Source: Chlorokybus atmophyticus (lineage: Eukaryota > Plantae > Mesostigma and Chlorokybus algae). From it: DNA of 64,000 nucleotides. Location: contig RHPI01002069.1 of the NCBI GenBank assembly GCA_009103225.1, positions 1,222,744-1,286,743 on the forward strand, given 5' to 3'. Both the position numbers and the translations under genes were made by a program. Below the pieces are notes generated by a model. The model did no database searches. It saw only the letters and a list, made by a program, of their open reading frames with translations, and was not told the origin of the DNA. Shown here piece after piece: positions 9,391-20,115 of this stretch (within the stretch, counting starts at the first letter, position 1; each line of letters begins with the position of its first letter).

Positions 9391-11615
9391 ACTCTGTATG
9401 CTACGGCATAGCATGTTCTTAGGGAAAACACCGGCTCCATCTGCCCGTACTATCCAGCAGCAGCACCCCAGCTGCACGAAGCATTTGTCACCATGGGGGT
9501 GGAGGTCATCTTTTGTTCTTGCTACGCGTCACCCAGGTGGCGCAGCAGCATGTCCAGCACAGTATGGCTGTCCATGCAGCTGCCCGAGACAGCGTGACCC
9601 TCGACTCCCCTCGACCCGACAACTCTGCCGAATTACCTCCACAGCATCCACCACCTGTCCACTAACCACATGTCCTGAAGTTGTCCATGTGAAGAAGCGC
9701 ATGGGTTCCCCTCGCCACTCGAAGCACGAGCGCGATTCGCACACGCACTGCACGCGACGAAAAAACTCGGGTTCCTTGCACAGCACTTTGCTAAGGCGGC
9801 AGCCAAACACGTCGACATTGTGTGTGGTGTGATGCCAGCAAGCAGCACTAAAACCGTGGCACACTGTCTGCACTCGCTGGCATTTGGTCAAGTGTGCTCG
9901 CATTCGCTACCTACGGCCATTGGCACATATGTATGCATTGCATTGTGGGCACACCAAGCATGGTCTCCTAGATGAGGGGGATTCAAATGATGCCGCCGAC
10001 ATCATGCAAAATAGGAATCGGCACGGCTGCCCACAAACTGAGCGAGACTTTAGGGTATATGCATCAATGTAGGGTTGCCAGCTTACGAGCCCTAAATGGG
10101 TCACACTTCAAGTGAAGCACGACTGTACCATTGACGCTATTGCAGTACCATGCATGGTACTACATCAACATGAATGGTACTCCATCTGTTAATGGTACTA
10201 CAGTACCAGGATGCTCGCATACTACCACAATCGTAGAGTAATACTGTGTTGTCATTCCATGAAATCCAGAGCGCTGTCCGAGTTTGTTGCTGTCAACCAC
10301 GCTCTGAACCAGCGAGGTATGTAAGCCATGCACTGACTCATGCGCCGGGCAGTCATCATACACATGTACAGCCAAAGCTTCTGACAACAGCAGACCTCGG
10401 GTGCACCATGCACCATGCTGCAACTATATATGTACCTACATGGTTCACATGTATTCAACACAAAACTGCAATATATGCACAATTGTCATCAAAGCGGGGG
10501 CCAAATCACCGTTGACACATTGGCGTCTTGCAGTGGGCGTGGCGACCAAAACGGGTGAGGTTGCTTGCACATGGGACACGCTTGTAGCTCCTTTGATTTA
10601 TTTGCCATATGCTTCTGTTGGTATATAATGCAGACATGGCACATCGCATGCTTGCAACAGGGCGTCTCCTCATCCGCTGGGGGTGGGTGGGCTCTTCAAT
10701 GCGACAATTCAGCACACATGGTGCACGCAGGTGTGCAAGCTGCCTCTGCCACCAAACTCTGTTATCGCGTTGCAGGCGCAGCGACTCCCATCTTAAAGGC
10801 GCAGCATAACGCTCCACTGCCTGCTCAATCACCTGACGCCCACGCCGCCATACACCACCTGCTGCTCTTGGTGGTCTTGTCCAGCATGCATTCCTTCAGG
10901 CCCTCGACATGGCCGTCGTCACTCGTGTGATCGCCCACATCGCCATCTTCTTCAAGCTTTCACACAATTAGCTTGACGTGCCGTATGACATACAGCCACT
11001 GCCAGCAAAAGCATGCCAAGTACAGCTCGAATGGTTTTACTTGCCACCCAGTATGTTTGCTTAGGTAGTGGCACACATCTCGACCCGCATCAGTCAACAT
11101 CAACAGATACATCTATTGCAGCAGGTTGAAGTTTTGCTCCGCGGATAGCTCTTGCACATTGCCGGGTTGCAGCGGCAGCAACAACACCATCATATCGAGG
11201 ACGGCGAGGGGCAACAATGTACTACGGATGGCCATATCCTGTTTGGGTTCCAACCACGGCCAATCCCCAGAGGTCTGTTTAGACTGCACTCCGCGTTTGC
11301 TCTTACTTATTGCATACTTTCGTCACCCACCTCGAGGCATGCGGCATGCGGTGATGCAGCGCATCTTGAGGGTATTGTAGGGCGATCAATTTCTTTGCAC
11401 TATGAGTCAGCCCCTCAAAGCGTCTGCGCGTCGGTGCTTTGAGCTTAGGCAGCTCGTTCCGCACCGGCTGTCTCTCTGGACAATGCTGAGCAGCAACTTG
11501 ACGCTGTAAACCGCCTGTGCCTACTTTGGACACACAGTCAGCCCCAGTGAGGCTTCAAGGCGCAATGCTTCTTCTAACCTTGTAACGATGCCTCACCTTT
11601 CCTTTTTTTATCATG

Positions 11616-12742
11616 TCAGCGTCCCTTGTTCCAACAACTTTCAACGTACACATCCTGGCAGGCGCTCTCCGTGGCACTGTTTCTTAGAGGAGGTAAGGCG
11701 TTATCTTCTTGCTCCACAGCATTGCGCTTGTTGGTTGCCTCCCGTCCCTCCACGACCTCATGTTGCTTAATGAGGTCGAGCATGAAGCCTTTGTCTTTCA
11801 GCGCAGCTTTCATGACACCTCGATCAATCTCTTTACCAACAGTACAGGCTGGGATCAATGTGGCAAGCTTAGAGGGAGAGGGCGAGCTACCGCTGTATCT
11901 TGATGGAGATGCCTCCGGATAATCAGAGTGCGGTGGCAAGTGAGTCTCCGCAGCAGGCAGGGAGGGTGCTGAGTTATAATTGCGAGCATGTGGCTGTGGT
12001 TGAGGGGAGGTAGGATGTGCAGGACAATTGGCTACTTGTTGCCAAGCACACGAAGGTGAGGCCTGAGGAGTTGGCGCAGCACCTTGGGTCGCATCCGGTG
12101 GTAGCGGGGAATTGGCAACGCCATTCCGCCACTGTCCGATCAAGTTTGTTACATCCGGTGGCACTTCATGCATAGGCCACGACCATTGTTCGGTGCTTGC
12201 AGGCTTGAGGAGCCAAAAGTGTGCTGGCTCATCAGGAGCAGTGTTGCCCACCACCAGGACTGAGTTGGGGGCTTCTTCATTTCCAACCCAAACTGCGCTG
12301 CCGGGCCGTGACACCCACTCCCCATGCTCGCGCCGAACGGTCACGCAGCCAATCAACAAGCCTAGCTTGTTGGCAAACATGGTCATCTGCAGGTGCTGCA
12401 AGTATACATCTTTTTCCGCACGATCTGTAGCACCTTTGCCATGGCTATGTCAATGTTGCAATTGACATCAGCCAACATGGTCGCAGGCAGTTTGTCGTAA
12501 TATTGCGCCATCTCTCCCGCGGCACCAGTGGCTTTGCAGAAGTCTAAGGTTCTGCTCGCCATGCCTGCATCAACAGTCTTGTCGGTGACTTTGCGGAGAG
12601 TGTCCCCCCTGCCGTCGTCGTCCATGGTGTCCAGCATGGCCCAAAATCTGCTCGAGCTGAAGCACTTGTGATCATCCAAGACACTTTGCGCTATGGATGG
12701 CTTGGCGCGAAACACACAATGATAGAAGCAATTACCATTCAT
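11616..12742 (-). pseudogene. Possible frameshifted OTU-like cysteine protease ORF inside an unclassified repeat region
   Basis: NAPMNGNCFYHCV resembles the OTU Cys loop (DGNCLFRA). After a frame change near 12440-12400, YLQHLQMTMFANKLGLLIGCV and PAHFWLL resemble the OTU helix and His motif. Confidence 0.35.
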
Positions 12743-14157
12743 TGGCGCATTGAAGTGGTCTCATCAAGCGAGGTGGCCACCTAGCATAACTGATGGCCGT
12801 ATGCGGGTTGCGGCCAGCTCCTCTGTTGACTCGCTGGCATGTGGTGACGCCTGCTGCATGCGCATACAGCACTCTAATGGTGTGTTCAACTGTCGACGGC
12901 AAGAGTCACAGTGACTGATGAAGTACCTGAGCTTGGGGCAGACTGCCGGCTTCAACTTGCAGCGGGTGGGGTAAGGTAGGTGCAGACGCCACATCGGTTG
13001 TTGCATTGTGATGTGGTCTCGCCGGTTGCGGCAAGAAGGATTGTTGCCCCGCAATCACCGGTGCTGCTTGTGGAGGAGACGGCAGTGCATGAAAGACTGG
13101 TGCCGCGGAAGGTGGATGCGCTTTAGCTGCGAGGGGAGCAGGTGCGGCAGGTGAAACCACTTGTGCATGCAGCAAGGGGGGCTGTATATAGGACCCAGGA
13201 TAAGATGGCTTACAATGTTGCAAAGGATGTATATAAGCTTATGCAATGCCTGACGCATTCTTACCAAGGCACAAGCATAAAAGACATCGACTTACCTCAG
13301 TGGCTCGTGGGCTGCATGGAGCAGGGGAAGCCATGAGGGCTGACAAGGTGGTATTGGGTGCACTTTCCCCGCCACCTCAATCGCAGACTCGTCACGGAGC
13401 TCGTGAGCCATGGGCACAGGATGCGCCACTGCCCCAATAGACATGTTGGGATTCAACATGCCAACATGCATGTTAAACTGATGCCGCATTGCGACCGCGC
13501 CCATCAGCAAGTGGGATTGAAGGACCCGATGATGATGGGATTGAAACCAGACTTGCATAGAAGCTCGGATAGGACCTAGTGCACTGTGGTGCTGTCAACC
13601 AATCACATGTGGGTTAGCTGCATGCTTGCGACACTGCAATTGCAATAATCAACTGCGTCACACCGTCATCAGTTTATTGCTTCGAACTGTCACCTGCGGC
13701 ATTGCTGGTTGATGCACGAATGATTGCATGGACTGCGTCATTGCTGGTTGATGCACTACTGGTGCAATGCCGGACGAATGGCCACGCGCTCATGTGCTCA
13801 AACCCAGCCTACTTCGCTCGGCACGCGCGCGCGACTTCCCACGCTCACGCACATCCTAGCATGCAAAGGTAGGCATGCATTGGAGGTGCATGCAGGCAAC
13901 ATGCACAGCGAGATTGGCAACAACATACCGCCGCTCAGCTCTGGCTATCCGCTCTGGCTTCCGCAATGTTGGCTTGACTGTGGGGTGGGTATGGGTAAAT
14001 AGTGAAGCCTGCAGCTACGCTTCATTTATCATATGGACTGCGCCAAAAACAAATTGCTCTTGCAAGGATATGCATGTGACTGTTGAGCGTACCTCGGCAT
14101 TCTTTTGTGCTTGTTCCCGCAGTCGCAATTGGTCCCGCATGGTTCTGACAAGGGGGT

Positions 14158-14408
14158 CTAAGGACTGCAGCTCCTGATCCACTCCTTGCTGCAGAAAGCG
14201 AGCCACCAAGCAGCTTTTTGTGTGAAGATGGTCCTTGATGGCTTGCCTGCTGGTTTGTCCAGTGTAAGTGATGCATGTTGGACTAAGGACTGCAGCTCCT
14301 AATCCACTCCTTGTTGCACAAAGCGAGCCACTAAGCAGCTCTTTGTGTGAGGATGGTCCTTGATGGCTTGCCTGCTGGTTTGTCCAGTGTAAGTGATGCA
14401 TGTTGGAC
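14158..14408. repeat. Tandem duplication, 125-bp period, 2 copies
   Basis: CTAAGGACTGCAGCTCCT starts at 14158 and 14283, and the copies align through GTGATGCATGTTGGAC with scattered substitutions. Confidence 0.9.
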
Positions 14409-15479
14409 ATCCCCATTGCTGACGCTTGCCATGATCCATGATGTGGCGCCCGGTATTAGCTGGCTTCGCTGCTTGAACTCTTACGACCACAACTTCTCGC
14501 CAAAAGTGCCACGCCGCCGCCGCCGCCTCATAGTCCTCCGCCTCCTAGTCAAACTCATGTCTACTATGCCTGACATTCGAGCCGTCATCGATCTGATGCC
14601 CCTGCGTGCCATCATCCGGCCATTAATGAAGCTGTTTGGGTGAGTGCACGCTAACTCCCATTGGGGCTGGTCGAGCAATGCCTCTGTCGTACCATGGTAC
14701 GACAGAGTCATTGTACGCCAATGGCTGGGGTTGGACGAGAGATGCCTCTGTCGTACCATTAATGTTACGCCCAAGCCATTGTTACCCTTGGTTGTACAAA
14801 GCATGGATGTTACGAATGCATAAGTCGTACCATTAACCATGGGAGAGAAGGACGCACTACAAGTGCGACTCTGGTGCGGGACACTAGGCGCTCAAAACCG
14901 CCTCATTTTTGTTTTAGCGCCTCGTACATTGGGGCGGGCCACCTGGCGGCTGCAGCGTTGGATGCGGCAGCGCCATCATCAGCTAAGCAAGCGGCACCCG
15001 ACTATCAGTTAGAGAGATGCCTCCTGGTCCATCTGCAGGTGCACCTTATCGTGGAGGCGCCCCAAGTCCACATTGCCCCTAGTGTTCAACCAAGCAACCG
15101 TTGCCAACCAGCAGCAGCCACTCTTTGCCAACCAATTGCAGCAAGACCCCGCGCAAACGCCCAGCCCATAAAAACAACTCAATCTGACACCGCAGTCGCA
15201 AGGGCAAGCTAAAATGCATGCGTTCTTTATGCACTGTGCACGTTGCTTCTTGCTCAACTTCAAACTTTGATGCTTGCTTCTTTCATGACTGGCACAGTGA
15301 CTCACTGCATGCGTTCTCGATACACTGTGCACGCTGTTCTTTTTGCTCAACTGTGAGGGTTGCATCTTCCATGGCTGGCAGCATGACTCACGTGGTTGTG
15401 CTTGCAGAGGGTCGATTGGAACCCCCAACCCAAACACATTTGGCCGTGACATACCAACCGCAGCCGTCAGCAACCCTTC

Positions 15480-16700
15480 CTTAAGCAAGTGGAAGATGGG
15501 CAACAAGGTAAGCACTGTGTGACACTGTGTGTAATGGATTGTTCTTATGTGGACAGCAATTGCGAGATGCCGTCATTCAAATCATAAACGGCCACTGGGA
15601 GAGAGCCACGTTTATCCCAAGAAGGACACTATTGGTAACGTCATGTGTCAGGTGCTGTGAATGCTTCATGACCTCACTGCACCGTGACAATGACCAACCT
15701 GCCTATGACAGGTAGTTGGCTTCGACCATGACAACGAGGCTGATGCAGCCAAGTTCTATGAGGTGTACTGGACGCCCAAGGAGTGCCCCTTCCACTGGAG
15801 TGTCGTTTTGAAGAAAGTTTCGCAGGTCCGTTCTGAGAACGTCACCAAGATCAAGCATGTCCTTGGGAAGGAGTACAAGTGGACACTGTTTAACATCAAC
15901 AAGCGCAAACGAGTTGGGTCCCTCACCACCATGTCTGCTATGCAACATTGCCTTTACTCAGCCTCCATACACACATGCGCATCTTGCCTATTGTAACCGA
16001 TTCAATCCAGCACATCGACGCTCTAATGGACCCCGAGACCCCAAAAGCGCAATGCGCTCCAATATAGTCACAGGCACTATTCTAGCCTAGTGCACGCTCA
16101 ACTTGAACTATGTATACTATAACTAATGCCTTGTTGGTATGACTCTCGCAGACAAGTCATGGCGGAAATTTGAGGTGACCGACAATGCAGACCCGGAGCG
16201 GAGGAGATACATCCATGAATGGGGCAATCCCATCATCTGGCAAATGATCGTGCAATGCTGGTCTTACGCCGTCACTACACCTAGTCGCCGGCAGCTGACG
16301 GTCAACCACGTCACATACCGATTGCTTACGGTGAGCACTCTGAACTCAAACACAAGCAATTTGGGAATGTTGTAGCCCCAAATTACAGGCTTACAGACGC
16401 GCTGCAGTGAATAGTGGCTTTCAATGCCACTAAGACATGCCTGTAAACTACGCAGGTGGAGCGCATCCTAAAGGGCAAGGATGGAGACCCTCTCCTAGCT
16501 GCCAGCATCGACACACATAAAGAGTGCCTCGGCAAAATCAGCACCATGCTCATAGCAATGAAGCTTAAGATGAAGCAACGGTACGCAGCGATTCAGCCAG
16601 TCACTTTCATAAAACGCCATTGCATATTGTGTCAAATACCTGAAAGATCCCAATCGGTGCCGGCCGCAAGAGACATCAATTCGTCACCCGTTCGCTGAGG
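15480..16700 (+). CDS. Multi-exon ORF fragments of unknown product, possibly a transposon gene or pseudogene
   Basis: Successive GT-AG bounded open segments encode RHSNHKRPLGESHVYPKKDTIGNVMCQ, FYEVYWTPKECPFHWSVVLKK.., KSWRKFEVTDNADPERRRYIHEWGNPIIWQ and ERILKGKDGDPLLAASIDTHKECLGK. No family was recognised. Confidence 0.35.
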
Positions 16701-17267
16701 CCGAAGCGGCATCTGATTGGCTGGCGCAACCGTTTGAGGAGGAGGAAGAGCAAGCTCCGGCGTCTCTACAGGCCCAGCGTGGTGCTTTGTTTCATGATGA
16801 CGAGCAAGGCGATGACAGAGAGGAGCCGCAGCGCAGTTGGTAGTCCAATTAGCTGGTAGTGTACACTGCAAGGCTCTTCTGACTTAGTGTTGTGCATCTT
16901 AACCAAGCTCAATCGTCGTTATGCTCATGCATGTCAAAACTTGCATCCCTACGGTATACAACAGCACTGCAAGCATTCGAGTCACATAATCGAACTACAA
17001 GCCTTGGCAAGTGACTGAGAGACACTGTACACATTTCAGGTACCTGTACACAGCACATGCACATAACAATGCTAGCAGTCAGTGACAGTCGCGTGTAGTC
17101 ATGCTATGCAAATACATATATACATATATATATAACGATAATTAGGCATTAGTCACCTTTAGTTGCTTGAGGAATGCCTTATTTTGTTGACAACTTCCTA
17201 GTTGGTGCTTGTGAATTAGGCTTGTGAATTAGGCTCAGTCGCCTGCGCTGGACTGGTGTGTAACCAG

Positions 17268-17520
17268 CAGGTGCCTGTTATATAGGATGAGTCACCTATA
17301 TAAAACTAATGTGTAATTTGCAGGTGCCTGTTAATTAGGTATAGTCACATGTTAAGGCCTGTGCAACTTACAAGTGCCCGTTATTTGGTTATAGTCACGT
17401 GTTAAGGCCCGATAAGTAACGAACAGGTGCATGTTAATTAAGCGTAGTCATCTGTTAAGGCCTGATAAGTAACTAACAGGTGCCTGTTAAGTAGGCATAT
17501 TCAACTGTTAAAGACTGCAT
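17268..17520. repeat. Degenerate tandem array, about 53-bp unit, 5 copies
   Basis: CAGGTGCCTGTTA-like heads at 17268, 17321, 17371, 17424 and 17477 (spacings 53, 50, 53, 53), mostly with a GTTAAGGCC-like motif downstream. Confidence 0.85.
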
Positions 17521-17869
17521 TGTAACGGAAAGGGCCTGATAGTAACGGAAGTTATACTCATGTCCCTGTGTCGAGATTACAGGGGACTGAGCTACGACAG
17601 TCAAGATTAGTGTCTTCAGGTGCACGGCCGTTGCCAATATTTGGTCGGTCGACAGGAGGAAACATTTTGCGACGACTGGCGCACGCTTGTGCACAGTAAA
17701 GAAAAGTTGTAAGCGTGTAACAATGTTTGTGAAAGGGTCGCATAGCTTGGAGCACAAGCAGCCCGACCTTGCGCTACTTACTGCACTGCAAATGAAACGT
17801 GCGTTGCGCAAAAACACACCGGCTTTTTGGTACACTTGACGTCGTCGGACGACTTTGTGCCGGGCAATA

Positions 17870-20064
17870 CAGAAGGTGTCGCAGACATCATTGATAAGTG
17901 CTAAGATGTGTTCCTTGATGAGTTGCTAGGCTTACCTACTGATTGCGGTGTCGGACACACAATACTTCTCATTCCTAATAGTGAGTCCCTTTCGGCCTAT
18001 ATAGGCTAAGCCCCCAAGAGAGGGAGGAAATGAACTTAAATCAAGCAGTTACTGAAAAAGGGATTTATTAAACCGAGTTCTTCACCCTTTGACACGCACA
18101 GTGGTGATGAATCTTAAACTATTGGTGTATTCTCAATACAGCAAAAGTTGTCACAAAGGCAAGCTCGCTGGAATAAATTTCTATTCCGGTTTACCCTTAA
18201 GTGGGTATACCGGCCAGGCAGAATCAATGTTGCTGATCCTCTAAATCGCCGATCGTCATTGTTAGCAATTATGGATGCGCAATTGCTTGTAACGCGCGGT
18301 ATGTTGCCGCCTGATAATAAGTTTGTTCAAACTGTTGTGCAAGGGTATGCTTTAGACCCATGGCTCTCATCAGAGGACAATGTGCAAAAGCTTAATAAAC
18401 GAGACAACATGTATTATATGGGCACCGGTTTTGTCAAACCAAACCATGCTGAGTTGTGTGTGAATGCATAGCTGATGTACACAATCCATCATACGTTGGG
18501 CACTTTGGCAGTCACAACACTGTTAAGGCAGCACAGCAGTTGTATTGGTGGCCATTGTAGCCTGTTGACGTAAAGCGGTATATAGACACATGTGACAAAT
18601 GTTACTATGACAAGCCGTTACGTGAAAAACCCGAAGGGTTGCTGTGACCATTGCCTGTTGCTGATGGCAAATTGGAAAGTGTGAGTATGGACTTGATTAC
18701 TAAGCTCCCAAAGACAGCATTATGTCACACCGCGGTTGCAGTTTTTTTTGGCCATTTAGCAAAAGTGGTTCACATTGTCCCTTGTCGCATGGAAATAGGC
18801 TCCTTGCATGGTGCACCCGAGGCTCCCGCGAGTTGGCGATGGATTTTGCCGCACCTGTGTGTTCAAGTTGCAAGGCTTGCCTCGCAACCTTGTGTCTGAT
18901 TGCGATCCACGATCTGTGGCTCGGTTCTGGAAGTCGCTATGCAGCTCCTTACATAACATGAGCCCAGCTTACCATCCGCAGATGGATGGTCAGACAGATT
19001 GCGCCAGTTAAGTAACTATCGGCATTATATGAGTCTGAAGCAGAGTGATTGCGATGTTCACCCCTCGTTGGCTAAGTTTGCAATCAATAGTACATGGTAA
19101 GGGAGTGTGCAGGAAACTCCGTTTATCTTAGATTACGGAGTGCATACAGTGAGTCCTGCGAACATCAAGTTGCTTGCTACCGTAACTCGCGTACCTGCAG
19201 CGCGCAAAAGGGCTTTGGCCATGCAAGATAGGTTAGCGTTGGCAAAGGACTATCTGCGCGCAGCGAGAACAGATAAAAGCAGAACAGAACAGAACAGATA
19301 AAAGCACAAGCTGCGCATCGTAGAGAGGCCAACTACGATGTGGGCTGTTCGGCGCTTTTAAATACCAAAAACCTATCCATTATAAAAGTGCGTATCCGCA
19401 AGTTTTTCCCTCGCTTGATATGCCCTTTTTAAGTGATTGAACGTCGTTGGGTCGGCACGCACGCGTATTGATTGAACTTGCAAAAGTCATTACGCATTCA
19501 TAATGTGTTTCATGTGAGTGTACTGAAACCGTACCGTTTCTGATGGTCAGGTTCAACCTCCTCCACCCCCTATTGTAGTGGATGGCGACGATACTTTTGA
19601 GTATGAGGTGGAAGCAATCCTAAGTCATCGTAAGCCACGACGCAAACGCGCGCCGTCTTACTTGGTGAAATGGAAAGGGTATAGTGTTGAGCACAACACG
19701 TGGGAGCCCGAAATGAGTCTTACAAACTGCCAAGAGACTCTTCGGGGGTACTGTAGCGCTGTGCTTACACGCGGACGGTTGAAGGCAGCTGGCTGACATC
19801 TCTACCGCTTCGGCCCTGATTCTCTCACTGCTTTAGTTGTCAGTGCTCATGGTGGGGCTTTGCTAACCCTTCAATGAGGACATTGAAACCTAAGTGGGGG
19901 AAATGTAAGGAAGTGCTACCTCTATAGAGGTTTCCCGCCCTTATTCATCATTCAATAAGGATCCCAACAAGTAGAACGGCAAATTAAGCCGTATAGGCCG
20001 TTCACCTAATGTTAAGACCCTAATGTGGTGTTACTTATCTGTACCACTGATATTCAGCTGATAT
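17870..20064 (+). mobile_element. Decayed chromovirus (Ty3/Gypsy) copy A: RT N-terminal fragment, internal deletion, integrase, chromodomain, PPT, partial 3' LTR
   Basis: RPIYRLSP..GFIKPSSSPF; QQKLSQRQARW..YRPGRINVADPL; SMDLITKLPKT; YHPQMDGQT; chromodomain EYEVEAILSHR..YLVKWKGYSVEHNTWEP (19578-19796); CCTAAGTGGGGGAAA then TGTAAGG at 19904. Many stops and frameshifts. Confidence 0.88.
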
Positions 20065-20115
20065 TGTAACGGGAAGGTACATTATATAACCACAAATCGA
20101 CCATAAAAAGCACCA
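20065..20115 (+). repeat. 5' two-thirds of the 79-bp TRIM LTR fused to chromovirus copy B
   Basis: TGTAACGGGAAGGTACATTATATAACCACAAATCGACCATAAAAAGCACCA matches the LTRs at 24502, 26399 and 26855. Confidence 0.9.

Noticed and set aside
14855-14863. CACTA transposon terminus (CACTACAAG)
   Set aside because: It points outward from the motif cluster. The best inverted partner near 10100-10117 has several mismatches in 17 nt, and no 3-bp TSD was found.
17268-17520. CRISPR array
   Set aside because: The whole 53-bp unit is repeated with drift, there are no unique spacers and no cas genes, and the context is eukaryotic.
17521-17860. 5' LTR of chromovirus copy A
   Set aside because: It starts TGTAACGG but does not match the LTR after copy A's PPT (19904 onward) or the 23608 LTR.
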